A stretch of 64,000 bases of DNA, taken from the NCBI GenBank assembly GCA_900757495.1, contig CAAENX010000012.1, forward strand, positions 3,918 through 67,917, read 5' to 3'. The notes beneath the pieces are model-generated. The model was given only the letters and a program-made list of their open reading frames with translations, was not told the DNA's origin and searched no databases. This stretch comes from an uncultured Collinsella sp. (lineage in GTDB: Bacteria; Actinomycetota; Coriobacteriia; Coriobacteriales; Coriobacteriaceae). Made by a program: the position numbers and the translations under genes. Below are positions 37,390-47,585 of the stretch, one piece after another (the first letter of the stretch is position 1; each line of letters starts with the position of its first letter).

Positions 37390-38106
37390 ATGAATGTAGA
37401 AACTGCGCAGCGGCTCGCCGACCTTCGTCGCAGCAAGGGTTTTAGCCAAGAAGGGCTTGCACGAAAGCTGGGACTGTCACGCCAGGCGGTCAGTAAATGG
37501 GAGCGCGCGGAGAGCTCGCCCGATACCGAGAACCTGATCTCGCTCGCCAAGCTCTACGGTGTGAGCCTGGACGAGTTGCTCAATCCGAGCGACGAGATCG
37601 AGGACGATATCGAATTTGAGAACGAGGACCGCGCCCGTCAGCGCGAGGCCGAGGCGGCAGAGCGCGCCCGTACCCATGAGGCGGCGGCACGCGCCACCGA
37701 GGCGGCAACACAGGCGAGTGACGCCGCCGCCAAGGCGGCGCAAGCGGCAAGCTGGAGTGCGCAGGCCGCCAATGCCGCTACGGCGCAGGCGACGAGTGGT
37801 GCTGCGGTTGGCTCGACTCCGGTGAAAGGCCCGTTCCAGTCGTTTCCGTATTGGGCCGTGTGCTGGCTGTTGTTCTTTTTGCTGATGTTCCTGTTTGATG
37901 GCGCCCCCTTTGCCGCTCTGATTTTCTTTACGATCCCCATCTATCACTGGGTGGCACGTGCGCTCGATGGCGATTGGGCGCGCGGGGATATTCGGGTCGG
38001 TCCGGCACCGGCGACAGCTAGGGCTCAGGATGTTTCCCCCGCTGTTGACGCTGACATGGCCGCCGCGACCACCGCTGAGCCGAGTGTCAAAGAAGGTGAT
38101 GAATGA
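37390..38106 (+). CDS. XRE-family HTH regulator with C-terminal membrane helices
   Basis: SQEGLARKLGLSRQAVSKWE...PD; two hydrophobic segments; AGGAGG RBS. Confidence 0.85.
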   Translation: MNVETAQRLADLRRSKGFSQEGLARKLGLSRQAVSKWERAESSPDTENLISLAKLYGVSLDELLNPSDEIEDDIEFENEDRARQREAEAAERARTHEAAARATEAATQASDAAAKAAQAASWSAQAANAATAQATSGAAVGSTPVKGPFQSFPYWAVCWLLFFLLMFLFDGAPFAALIFFTIPIYHWVARALDGDWARGDIRVGPAPATARAQDVSPAVDADMAAATTAEPSVKEGDE

Positions 38107-39002
38107 TGAAGCTCTCGCATGAATCGAAGGTGCGCCTGGGTGTTGGTATCGGAGCGTTTGTGCTCATCATTGGGCTTGTCTTGGGCACTTCGCGGCTATT
38201 GGCTCATTCCGATATGGTGCGTACGACCGGTATTCTATCTGGCAATTTGTCTGATTTTGACGATATGTTTGACGACGATGATCTCTTGGATAGCGGTAAC
38301 TATTCCGCTCGGCCTCAGCGGCTTTCGAGCGAAACGTTTGATGCCGACGCGTTCCAATCGCTCGACTTGGACGTGACGTCGGGCACGGTCGAGGTCAAAC
38401 ACGTCTCTGGCGGCCCGGTGCGTGTTATCGAAAGCGGCCGCGTTGCGAAGGGGACGTCTGCCTCTGATGCGGCTACCCGGAACCTTGCTGAGGTCAAGGG
38501 CTCTACGCTCAAGATCAGTCAGTTCGACTACGATGATAAGCGCGCGATTGACCGCACAATTACCATTGAGCTGCCGCGAGATGTTGCGGATAACCTGGTG
38601 GGCATTACGGCGAATGTAGGGTCGGGCGACCTGGCGGTCGCGGACATTGCGTGCCATGATCTGGATATAACGTTGAATTCGGGAGACGTTGAGTTTACGG
38701 GCACCGTGACCGACACCCTGAATGCCGAGGTCGGTTCGGGCGACATGACGTTCGAGCTCTACCAGGCGCCCGCGAAGTCGATGGACGTGAGCGTGGGCTC
38801 GGGCGACGTGGAGATGACGGTTCCGAACTCTACGGGCTTTAAGGCGAGCCTCACCTTGGGAAGCGGCGACTTCGAGAGCGATTTCCTTCCGCTTGGCTAC
38901 GACGGCGAGACCATTTTGGATCTTGAATTCGATAACGGCGATAAGTCTGCCACGTATCGTTTTGAGGTCGGTTCGGGCGACATGTCGTTTGATTCGGAGT
39001 GA
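38103..39002 (+). CDS. DUF4097-family beta-strand repeat membrane protein
   Basis: N-terminal TM helix; repeated (V)GSGD units; ATGA coupling to the XRE gene. Confidence 0.75.
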   Translation: MMKLSHESKVRLGVGIGAFVLIIGLVLGTSRLLAHSDMVRTTGILSGNLSDFDDMFDDDDLLDSGNYSARPQRLSSETFDADAFQSLDLDVTSGTVEVKHVSGGPVRVIESGRVAKGTSASDAATRNLAEVKGSTLKISQFDYDDKRAIDRTITIELPRDVADNLVGITANVGSGDLAVADIACHDLDITLNSGDVEFTGTVTDTLNAEVGSGDMTFELYQAPAKSMDVSVGSGDVEMTVPNSTGFKASLTLGSGDFESDFLPLGYDGETILDLEFDNGDKSATYRFEVGSGDMSFDSE

Positions 39003-39099
39003 CGGGTGGTTTTCGGAGACCCGCAAACGTAGCCGCGCTGTTTGATGAAGGCGCCGGAGCCGAGATCGGCTCCGGCGCCTTTGCCTTTACAATGGGGTC

Positions 39100-41007
39100 A
39101 TGGAACAGATTATTTTGAACATACTCGAGGCCCTGCGTCGCGGCGAGACTGTAGACGACAAGGCGCTCGTCAAACTGATACATGCCGAGGCGCGCCGTGA
39201 GGGTGCCGATAAGCGCGACTTGGCCAAGCGCCGCCTGCTGCCGTTTTACCAGCGGGTGAAGCGCGAGGAACCGGCTCGTTGGGCTGGGTGGAATGTCGAT
39301 GCCGCGCTGGAACGTCGACTGCTGCAGGTGCTGCGCATGAAGCCGCGTCGCACGGCTTCGGGCGTGGCGACCATTACCGTCATCACCAAGCCCTGGCCAT
39401 GCTCGGGCGATTGCCTGTTTTGCCCCAACGATCTGCGCATGCCTAAAAGCTATCTGCACGCCGAGCCGGCGTGCGCCCGTGCAGAGCAAAACTGCTTCGA
39501 TCCATATCTGCAGGTGAGTGCTCGTCTGACCGCGCTTTCGCAGATGGGGCATGCGACCGATAAGATTGAGCTCATCGTGCTCGGTGGCACCTGGAGTGAC
39601 TATCCGCAAGGCTATCAGACATGGTTTATGTCGGAGCTTTTCCGTGCGCTCAATGACGATGCCGTCGCCGGTGTGGCGGCTAATCCCATGCTGGCGCGTC
39701 CGGGTATTAGTCGTGCAGAGGCCGGGCGCCTGCTCGATGACGCTCCAGCCGATGCCCTGCCGCCGGTGGTGGCGGAGCGTCGCGAGCGCTATCGGGCCGC
39801 CGGCATTGCGATCGATGAGGTTGAGCTTGCGAGCGGTGTTGCCGGCGAACAGGAGCGCGTAGATGCTGCCGTGGGTGGCTATAACCGCGCGGTGCGTCGT
39901 CTGTACGGCCCCGGCACGCCGTGGGACGAGGTCGCCGAGTGGCAGACGGCCACGATGGAGGAGCTCGAGCGTCAGCAGCGCATCAACGAGACGGCGAAGC
40001 ATCGCGTGGTGGGGCTCGTTATCGAGACGCGCCCCGATGCCGTAACGCCGCAGGCGCTTACGCTTATCCGCCGCCTGGGCTGCACCAAGATTCAGATGGG
40101 TATCCAGAGTCTCGACCAGCATTTGCTCGATATCAACGAACGTCGCATTTCGTTGGCGCAGATCGAGCGGGCGTTTTCGCTCGCGCGCCTGTTTGGCTTT
40201 AAAATCCACGCGCATTTTATGCTCAACTTGCTGGGCGCCACGCCCGAGGGGGACAAGCGCGACTACGAGCGCTTTATGGCCGAAGGGGCCTTTATGCCCG
40301 ACGAGGTCAAGGTCTACCCGTGTGCGCTCATCGAGGGTTCGCGCCTGGTGGGTTGTTACGAGCGTGGCGAGTGGCGCCCCTATACCGAGGAAGAGCTGCT
40401 CGATGTATTGGCCGACGACATCGTGGTGACGCCGGCGTTCTGCCGCATTAGCCGCATGATTCGCGACTTTAGTTCCGACGACATCATGGTGGGCAACAAG
40501 AAGCCCAACCTGCGTCAGCTCGTTGAGAACCGCCTGGCTGCTCGGGGTGACGGTGCGACGGTGCGTGAGATTCGCTATCGCGAGATCAGTACCGCGGGTG
40601 CCGACCTGGATGAGTTGACCCTTGACGAGGAAGTAGCGTACGAGACGCCGGTGACTTACGAGCGCTTTTTGCAGTGGGTGACGCCGCGGGGCAAGATTGC
40701 CGGCTTTTTGCGCCTGTCGCTGCCCGACCGTTCGTTTGTTGCCGCGCATGCGGACGAGTTGCCGACGACGCCGGACGAGGCGATGATTCGCGAGGTGCAT
40801 GTGTATGGCATGGCGGCGCGCGTGGGCGATCAGGGCCAGGCGGCTCAGCATCATGGATTGGGACGTTTGCTCGTGGAGCGTGCGTGCCAGATAGCTCGGG
40901 ATGCCGGCTATGCGCGCATCAACGTGATCAGCGCGATCGGCACGCGCGAGTACTATCGCCATCTTGGATTTTATGACCATGGACTCTATCTGCAGAAGGA
41001 GCTCTAG
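39100..41007 (+). CDS. elp3: Elongator protein 3 (radical SAM plus GNAT acetyltransferase)
   Basis: PRRTASGV, CSGDCLFCP, PKSY, ETRPD, IREVHVYG, QHHGLG, G.REYY. Confidence 0.88.
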   Translation: MEQIILNILEALRRGETVDDKALVKLIHAEARREGADKRDLAKRRLLPFYQRVKREEPARWAGWNVDAALERRLLQVLRMKPRRTASGVATITVITKPWPCSGDCLFCPNDLRMPKSYLHAEPACARAEQNCFDPYLQVSARLTALSQMGHATDKIELIVLGGTWSDYPQGYQTWFMSELFRALNDDAVAGVAANPMLARPGISRAEAGRLLDDAPADALPPVVAERRERYRAAGIAIDEVELASGVAGEQERVDAAVGGYNRAVRRLYGPGTPWDEVAEWQTATMEELERQQRINETAKHRVVGLVIETRPDAVTPQALTLIRRLGCTKIQMGIQSLDQHLLDINERRISLAQIERAFSLARLFGFKIHAHFMLNLLGATPEGDKRDYERFMAEGAFMPDEVKVYPCALIEGSRLVGCYERGEWRPYTEEELLDVLADDIVVTPAFCRISRMIRDFSSDDIMVGNKKPNLRQLVENRLAARGDGATVREIRYREISTAGADLDELTLDEEVAYETPVTYERFLQWVTPRGKIAGFLRLSLPDRSFVAAHADELPTTPDEAMIREVHVYGMAARVGDQGQAAQHHGLGRLLVERACQIARDAGYARINVISAIGTREYYRHLGFYDHGLYLQKEL

Positions 41008-41886
41008 ATGAACAAGCCAAGTGTTTCTGCCGGCGTCGTTGCCGGCGTTGCCCTGGGAGCCGCGGCGCTCGGTGCTGCCGCCGTCGCTGTTCGCGCTGCC
41101 TGTCTGCAGGTCGCGAGGACCCGCAATGGGCTGGCGCGCGTGAAGCGCGTGCACGATGAGGGCGGCGATGAGATTCGCGTGTTGGTGCAAGGCGGCGTCT
41201 ACCAAAGCGCAAGCTACGTTGGCGAGCGTTGGGCGGAGCCCGTCTTTGCGTACTATCGTGCGTTTGACGATGCGTTTGAGGCCGAGGATGCAATGCGTGA
41301 CGCTTATGGTCACGGTATCGACCGTGTGCTTATGCTGGGCGGCGGCGGGTTTGCCTATCCCAAGTTTGCGCTGATGTCGCACGAGAGCTTGCGCATGGAT
41401 GTCATTGAGTACGATGCCGAGATTACGCGCCTGGCGCGCCGTTGGTTCTACCTGGACGAGCTGGAACGCACGGTGGGCGATCGCTTGCGGGTGATTACCG
41501 CCGAGGCTCGCTCGTATCTGGGTGTGACGAGCGTGGGCCATCGTCGCTACGACGTGGTCGTGAGCGATTGCTTTGGCGGTGCCGAGCCCGTGCGCGAGCT
41601 GGCGACCGTTGAGGCGCTGCGTCTGGCGCGGGGCAGCCTGAACCCCGGGGGTATCTACGTGGCCAATATCGTGAGCGCAAACGAGGGGAGCGATGTGACG
41701 TTCCTTCGCGACTGCGCTGCCACGGCACTCGAGGTATTCGCCCACGCCTGGGTGGTCCCATGCGGCGATGCAGAGTTCGGCGGCGAGGAGAACTACCTGC
41801 TCATCGCTAGCGACGGTGACTATGCCTTTGCCGAAGCCGTGCCCTTCGACACCGACTTCCTCGGCACCGTCCTTCACGACAAGTAA
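41008..41886 (+). CDS. Spermidine synthase-like methyltransferase-fold protein
   Basis: LMLGGGG, IEYD, YDVVVSDCF, L.PGG. Confidence 0.75.
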   Translation: MNKPSVSAGVVAGVALGAAALGAAAVAVRAACLQVARTRNGLARVKRVHDEGGDEIRVLVQGGVYQSASYVGERWAEPVFAYYRAFDDAFEAEDAMRDAYGHGIDRVLMLGGGGFAYPKFALMSHESLRMDVIEYDAEITRLARRWFYLDELERTVGDRLRVITAEARSYLGVTSVGHRRYDVVVSDCFGGAEPVRELATVEALRLARGSLNPGGIYVANIVSANEGSDVTFLRDCAATALEVFAHAWVVPCGDAEFGGEENYLLIASDGDYAFAEAVPFDTDFLGTVLHDK

Positions 41887-41914
41887 GTCTCCCCGTCCCA
41901 AAAAAAGACTGGTC

Positions 41915-44359
41915 CTAGGCGTGGTCGCGCCAGCTACGGACACGCTGCTTCATGCCCTCTATGTCGAGCACGCCTTCGGCAAAGCCCTTGCGCACGAGCT
42001 CTTCGGGAACAAACTCGTCGTAGCGGTCAAAGTAAGGCACCTCGCCAGGATAGACGAGCTCGATGGGATCGAAGTCCTTCTCGGCCTCGGCGGCGAGCAC
42101 CTCAAAGAACGTCTCCTCGTCGGCCTTCATCTTAAACTGCATAAAGTACGGGCGTGACGGGTCGAGTCCGCGAAGGCCCAGCTCCGCGGCACATTTAATC
42201 TTGAGCATGCGCTCGAGCGCCAAAAAGGCGTAGCTGCCCAGCCAGGGGAAGAGCACCCAGGTATCGCCGCCCAGGTTGATGAGCGGCTTGGTTCCCGCAC
42301 CCGAAATCTCGGCCGTATGACGAGCCTGTGCTAAGCGGGCCCGTGCGTTACCCATAAGGTACGGATATGCCGCGTGCTCGTTGAGCGCCTTGCGCATGCG
42401 CTCGAGTACGTGTGTATTGATGTCGCCGGGGCAGTCGCCAAAGTAGGCCGGAACCCGGCCCTTGACCTGCGTGGCAAAGACGGTGTGGCGCCTCCAGTCC
42501 ACTTCCTCGACAATCCAGCAGTGTCCGGCGATGGCGATGCGCTCACCGGGCGGTGGCGGATTGACGATCGTGCCCAACTCGGCCGACTCGCTGCGAACGG
42601 TGAACTCCTCGTTTTCCTGGAATACGGCGTAGAACTTAAAGTTGTTAATGATGCGCTCACCCGCGAGACCCACGATGAGCCCACCGCCCTCGGTGACTTG
42701 GATATGGTCGATCTTAATGAGGTGACGCAGCAGTACGCGATAGTCATCGGCCGAGATGCGATGGAAATAGCTGAGCGTGAGCACGCGCTGGGCAAGCTCT
42801 GCCGGCGTGAGTTCGCCGGTACTGGCAAGCGTCGACATAGTCTGGTGGTAGAGCAGGCTGTAGGGGAGTCGATCGAGCTCGGGCGGCTCGACCCACTTTT
42901 CCTCGCGATAGAGTTGTACGAGCGCGATTCCCTGCAGGAGCTTCCAAGGAATGGTCTCGGGCATCATCGTGCGCGGCTCGGGTTCTTCCTCGCGCATGAC
43001 AAACCACATCTCGGGTGGAAGGTCGCGACGGCCTGTGCGCCCCATGCGCTGCAAAAAGGAGCTGACGGTAAACGGCGCGTCAATCTGGAAGGCGCGCTCC
43101 AGGCGGCCGATATCGATACCGAGCTCCAGCGTAGAGGTGGTGACGGTTGTCTGCGCCTGCTCCTCGTCGCGCATGAGCTCCTCGGCCGTCTCGCGCAGCG
43201 ATGCCGAAAGGTTGCCGTGGTGGATGAGAAAGCGGTCGGGCTCGTGTCGACTTTCGCAGTAGCTGCGCAGCATGGAGCACACGGCCTCTGCCTCCTCGCG
43301 CGAGTTGGCAAAGACCAGGCACTTGCGGCCGCGCGTATGCTCAAAGATATAGCCCATACCGGGGTCGGCGTTGTCGGGTGCCGTGTCGGTGGGGTTGAGA
43401 AGCGCCTGCTCGGCCGCTCGCGGGATGTCGACTTCGCCCTCGGGGGCCGAGGAAGTGCGACGGTCTTTGGGAGCGGCCTTGCCCCGCGCCTGCTCGCGAC
43501 GTTGACGGCGTTCTTCCTGTGCAAGCTGTCCGCTGTGGCACATGTCTTGTCCGGATGCGGGCAGCGCCGCGGGCGCCGCCGTCTCAATACGCTCGCACGC
43601 AAGCACTTCGGCCTCTTGAGGACCCGTGCTCTCGAATCCCCGCTGCTGCGCCTGGGGGCCCGAGTTGTAGAAGTGCTCCATGGAGATACGCCACACGCGG
43701 CGCGGTTCTTCAAAGCGGGGGATAACGCAGTCGCGCCCCGTTCCCTGTGAGAGAAAAGCGCCCGTGCGCTCGGGGTCGCCGATAGTGGCCGAAAGGCCAA
43801 TGCGGCGAGGTTGCACGCCGGCCATGCGCGAGAGTCGCTCGATAAGGCAGAGCGTCTGACCGCCACGGTCGCCGCGCATGAGCGAATGGACCTCGTCGAT
43901 GACCACATAGCGCAGGTCGCAAAACATGCGCGGGATCGCCATGTGCTTATGGATCAGGAGCGCTTCGAGTGACTCGGGCGTAATCTGCAAGATGCCGCTC
44001 GGTTTTTTGATGAGTTTGGCCTTGTGTGACTGCGAGACATCGCCATGCCAGTGCCAGACAGGGATATCGGCCTCTTCGCAGAGGTCGTTGAGACGGACGA
44101 ACTGATCATTGATGAGCGCCTTGAGGGGGCCGATGTAGAGGGCGCCCACGCTTGCGGGCGGGTTCTCCCAAAACTCGGTCAGGACGGGAAAGAAGGCTGC
44201 CTCGGTTTTGCCGGAAGCCGTGGATGCCGTCAGGAGCACATTATCTTGCGTGTTAAAGATGGCGTCTGCCGCTGCAACCTGGATAGAGCGCAGACTCTCC
44301 CAATCGTGGGAGTAGATGAAGTCTTGGATAAACGGAGCATATCTGTCAAAGGCGTTCAC
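41915..44359 (-). CDS. Lhr-like DEAD/DEAH helicase (Shango SngC-like)
   Basis: TASGKT, PLKALIND, TPESLE, DEVH, SAT, LELGID, QRMGRTGRR; GTG start after GAGGAGG. Confidence 0.85.
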   Translation of the reverse strand: MNAFDRYAPFIQDFIYSHDWESLRSIQVAAADAIFNTQDNVLLTASTASGKTEAAFFPVLTEFWENPPASVGALYIGPLKALINDQFVRLNDLCEEADIPVWHWHGDVSQSHKAKLIKKPSGILQITPESLEALLIHKHMAIPRMFCDLRYVVIDEVHSLMRGDRGGQTLCLIERLSRMAGVQPRRIGLSATIGDPERTGAFLSQGTGRDCVIPRFEEPRRVWRISMEHFYNSGPQAQQRGFESTGPQEAEVLACERIETAAPAALPASGQDMCHSGQLAQEERRQRREQARGKAAPKDRRTSSAPEGEVDIPRAAEQALLNPTDTAPDNADPGMGYIFEHTRGRKCLVFANSREEAEAVCSMLRSYCESRHEPDRFLIHHGNLSASLRETAEELMRDEEQAQTTVTTSTLELGIDIGRLERAFQIDAPFTVSSFLQRMGRTGRRDLPPEMWFVMREEEPEPRTMMPETIPWKLLQGIALVQLYREEKWVEPPELDRLPYSLLYHQTMSTLASTGELTPAELAQRVLTLSYFHRISADDYRVLLRHLIKIDHIQVTEGGGLIVGLAGERIINNFKFYAVFQENEEFTVRSESAELGTIVNPPPPGERIAIAGHCWIVEEVDWRRHTVFATQVKGRVPAYFGDCPGDINTHVLERMRKALNEHAAYPYLMGNARARLAQARHTAEISGAGTKPLINLGGDTWVLFPWLGSYAFLALERMLKIKCAAELGLRGLDPSRPYFMQFKMKADEETFFEVLAAEAEKDFDPIELVYPGEVPYFDRYDEFVPEELVRKGFAEGVLDIEGMKQRVRSWRDHA

Positions 44360-44424
44360 GGGGCCTCCTCTCAAAAACGAATCTCTCAACGCGGCTGGCA
44401 ACGGCTTGCTGCATTGCTGCTTCA

Positions 44425-44477
44425 ACGTTTGCCCAGATAAAACCTGCCAAAATAAACCTGTCCCTTTTTGGCAGGTT
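44425..44477 (-). repeat. REP-like repeat, family R1
   Basis: Overlaps the ATPase stop codon; near-identical to 20080-20132. Confidence 0.85.
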
Positions 44478-45780
44478 AGATGGTGAACTCGGCGAAATTG
44501 CGTTCGCCGCTTGCGGTGCCGGTGTCGCCTGTTGCGGCTGCCGGCGCCAACGCGTCGCCGCCGACGCTTTGCAGCAGCTCTGCCACGTTGGCGTCGGGGT
44601 TTTGGCACAGGATATCGAGCAGCTCGATAAAGTCACGAATGACTTCACGCGGCGTCAGGTGCGTATCGGCTCCCACGCGACCGAACTCGATCTTGAGAAA
44701 GTCCACCAAGTCGTTCTCGGTAAGCGTGGGTGTCCAGCCAAAGTAGCCGGCATGGATCTGCATGAGTTTTTCGATGAGCACCAGCAGTTCCTCATAGGTG
44801 AGTGGCTGCAGGCGGATGATGGGCGCGAGCATGTCCTTAAGGTCCTCGCGCGCAAAGCGGCCCTGAGCGAGTCGGCTGCGCAGGGCTTCGTAGGAGAACA
44901 CGCCGCGGCGGCGGTCTTCGATGGAGGTTGGCGTGCCGCCCATGATCATGCCCAGGTGCTGCGCTTTGCCCTGGAGCGTGTCGTTGTACATGGTCAAGAT
45001 CTTCTCGTAGTTGTATTGGCGCGTGATCGCGTTGGGAATCTTGTACAGATTCACGAGCTCGTCAATGAGCACCAGCATGCCCTTGTAGCCGCTGCAGACC
45101 AAAAAGCGCGCAATGAGTTTGACGTAGTCGTACCAGTCATCGTCGCTGATGATGGTTGAGGAGCCCAGTTCGGCGCGAGCCTCGCTCTTGGTGCGGTATT
45201 CGCCGCGGATCCATTTGGTCACGCGGCTCATAGCTTCTTCGTCGCCCTCGGATACGGCCGCGCGGTAGCGGCGGAGCATGCGGGTGAAGTCGAAGCCGTG
45301 GACCATTTCCTCGAGCGGCGCCAGTTGGGCATTGACGGCAGGCTCGTCGGCATCGGCACACGAGGCGACCCAGCGATCCAGGATAAGGTTGAGCGCACCG
45401 CCCTCGGGGCGCGTTTTAGTCGATATGTTGCGGATGAGCTCACGGTAGGTGGCAAGGCCCTGTCCCTGGCCGCCCTGCAGGCGGCGCTCAGGGGATAGGT
45501 CGGCATCGGCGACGACGAATCCCTCGCCCATGGCGTGCGTGCGGATGGTTTGGAGCAAAAAGCTCTTGCCGGCGCCGTAGCGACCGACTAAAAAGCGGAA
45601 GCTCGCGCCGCCATCGGCGATGAGACTCAAATCAGTGAGCAGGGCGCGGATCTCGACCTCGCGTCCCACGGTGATATAGGGAAGGCCGATGCGCGGGACC
45701 ACGCCGCCCTTGAGCGAGTTGAGAATGACGGCAGCGACGCGCTTGGGTACGCGGGGCGCTGCGGATGCGGTATCACTCAT
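44476..45780 (-). CDS. DUF2791/BrxD-like P-loop ATPase (Shango SngB-like)
   Basis: SLKGGVVP.IGL, GRYGAGKS Walker A, LIDE Walker B. Confidence 0.85.
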   Translation of the reverse strand: MSDTASAAPRVPKRVAAVILNSLKGGVVPRIGLPYITVGREVEIRALLTDLSLIADGGASFRFLVGRYGAGKSFLLQTIRTHAMGEGFVVADADLSPERRLQGGQGQGLATYRELIRNISTKTRPEGGALNLILDRWVASCADADEPAVNAQLAPLEEMVHGFDFTRMLRRYRAAVSEGDEEAMSRVTKWIRGEYRTKSEARAELGSSTIISDDDWYDYVKLIARFLVCSGYKGMLVLIDELVNLYKIPNAITRQYNYEKILTMYNDTLQGKAQHLGMIMGGTPTSIEDRRRGVFSYEALRSRLAQGRFAREDLKDMLAPIIRLQPLTYEELLVLIEKLMQIHAGYFGWTPTLTENDLVDFLKIEFGRVGADTHLTPREVIRDFIELLDILCQNPDANVAELLQSVGGDALAPAAATGDTGTASGERNFAEFTI

Positions 45781-47533
45781 GGTCTAGGTGTCCTCTCACG
45801 TCTGCTTCGTAGTCCTCGATAATCTGCGGCCCTGCCGCGCTAAATTCAATTACGGTGTCGCCCACCAGGTCAAAGAGCGCCTCGTTGATGGCATCGACGA
45901 GCATGTCCTCGCTCTGCCCCGATTGCACTACTGCCGATTCCGCCTGTACTGCATTGTGCTCGAGCAGCGCGCGGAGATAGGCGTCTGCGGCGGGCGCGAG
46001 TTCGTTTGTGGCGTCAGCGGGCGCAGCAGCTGCGAACGCGGGCGTCGGCGCGAGAAGCGGTGCCACGACACCAAACTGTTCGGTGGATATGGTCGGCTCG
46101 TCGGTCAAGTCCTGCCGAATGGGTGCCACGACCGGTTCGACAATCGCGTCGGTTACGGGCTCGGCTTCCGGTTGCCCTGAGTCCGCTGCCTCGGCTTCTG
46201 CGGACGCGCCGTCCTCGCGTTCCTCGTCGATCAAAAGCGCTTCGCGCGTTTGCGCAGCGGCGCTCCGGATGTGCCCCAGCTGGCTCAGGTCGATATCGAT
46301 CTTTACGGGCTGGTGGGCGGCATCCCACGAAAGCCATGTCACAATCTCGTCATCGATGATCTTGGCCAGATATTTTGGGACCTTTTCTTCCTTAAGGGGA
46401 TGGGCGGGGTCCAGCGCCAGGCGCAGGCGTTGGTCGCAGGCGCGCATCATTTCACCGAGCTTGCTGCTCTTTTGCCTACTACCGTGGATACGCATGCATT
46501 CCCAAAAGCCGTTTTGGCAACGGTAGATATGGATAGGATTCAGGCGGTATTCGCAGTCCTCGTGGCGCTCGGGCGCAAAGAATACGGCCGAGGCAAACAT
46601 GGTGTAGGGCATGGCCGTCTCCTCCCCAAATAAACTCGCCACGATGCCGGTCTTTCGGTGTGTGTCATAGTAGCGCGCCATACGGACATACACGGCGCAT
46701 GCCACGTGGCGCAGATCGCGGTGGTGGCTGCGGTCGAGCCGCGAGTTACTTAGGTTGTACGTGGAGAGGGCGTTGATGGCGGCCATGAGTCGCTCCTCGC
46801 GCGCTTCATCGGGCGGAAGGGGGAGCGTGGGCTCGGAGATTTTGCGACGCTTAGGGGTCTGGCCGGACGGTGCCGGTGCTGGTACAAGATCTCGTGCCGC
46901 GCGCCGCAGCTCGATAAGGGCGTTATCGAACATGACGGTTTTAGAATCGCGAAGCAGCTTGGGGTCGAGCCCGTGGAACACGGCGTAATCCTGCAGCCAC
47001 ACGCGCGCAAACCGGTCGATGCCGGGCTCGAAGGCGCGATAGACATCCCAAAAGGCCTTGATCTTGTTAAAACCATCGAGCGGGTCATCTACGCCAATGC
47101 CGCAAATCAACTCATAGAGATACAGAAAGGCAAACGAGGTCGATGTCTCCTCGATATTTCCGCGGCGCACTTGGGCACGCCAGGTAAAGTAGCCGCGCAA
47201 CTGTCGATCGCTCATGGCATTGTAGGTGGGAAAGTACGACTTAAAGGTGCCGTTGTAGGGGCAGTCGTCCTCAAAGTCGGCCATCAGCAGACCTTGGCGG
47301 TAGAAAAGCTCGGCTTCCGAAAGCCAACGACCCGCGCCGCCCTTGGGGTCATCCTGCCAGCGCGATATCCCGCGCATTTTGCGGTACTGGTCGGGGAGGA
47401 AATTCTGCATCTGTCGGCCGGTTTTGAGAATCGGCTCGTCTGCGTAGATTTCATTTGAGAAGCGGGCGGACTGATGGGTCCGGGCCTCGGCCATAATGCG
47501 CTCGATGAGCATCTTGATGTCCTGGTCGGCCAC
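45773..47533 (-). CDS. TerB_N / TerB_C domain protein (Shango SngA-like)
   Basis: YFPTY..MS..QLRGYFTWR, FLYLYE; C-terminal DAINEALFD..GD.VIE. Confidence 0.8.
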   Translation of the reverse strand: MADQDIKMLIERIMAEARTHQSARFSNEIYADEPILKTGRQMQNFLPDQYRKMRGISRWQDDPKGGAGRWLSEAELFYRQGLLMADFEDDCPYNGTFKSYFPTYNAMSDRQLRGYFTWRAQVRRGNIEETSTSFAFLYLYELICGIGVDDPLDGFNKIKAFWDVYRAFEPGIDRFARVWLQDYAVFHGLDPKLLRDSKTVMFDNALIELRRAARDLVPAPAPSGQTPKRRKISEPTLPLPPDEAREERLMAAINALSTYNLSNSRLDRSHHRDLRHVACAVYVRMARYYDTHRKTGIVASLFGEETAMPYTMFASAVFFAPERHEDCEYRLNPIHIYRCQNGFWECMRIHGSRQKSSKLGEMMRACDQRLRLALDPAHPLKEEKVPKYLAKIIDDEIVTWLSWDAAHQPVKIDIDLSQLGHIRSAAAQTREALLIDEEREDGASAEAEAADSGQPEAEPVTDAIVEPVVAPIRQDLTDEPTISTEQFGVVAPLLAPTPAFAAAAPADATNELAPAADAYLRALLEHNAVQAESAVVQSGQSEDMLVDAINEALFDLVGDTVIEFSAAGPQIIEDYEADVRGHLDHE

Positions 47534-47585
47534 CGCTTCTCCTCTCCTAACGCAGCTACGGTGACCTCATATCATAGCACAGCAT

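Noticed and set aside
38851..41943. 1030-aa minus-strand ORF, and similar long shadow ORFs (31165-32763, 60984-62597, 3875-5185, 9445-10761)
   Set aside because: Antisense shadows of well-supported genes, expected at high GC; no motifs or RBS.
44476..45780. BREX system, because of the BrxD-like ATPase
   Set aside because: No pglX, pglZ or brxC nearby; the TerB-domain and Lhr-like neighbours fit Shango.
45773..47533. Tellurite-resistance operon
   Set aside because: No terC, terD or terZ genes; only TerB_N/TerB_C domains in a helicase operon.
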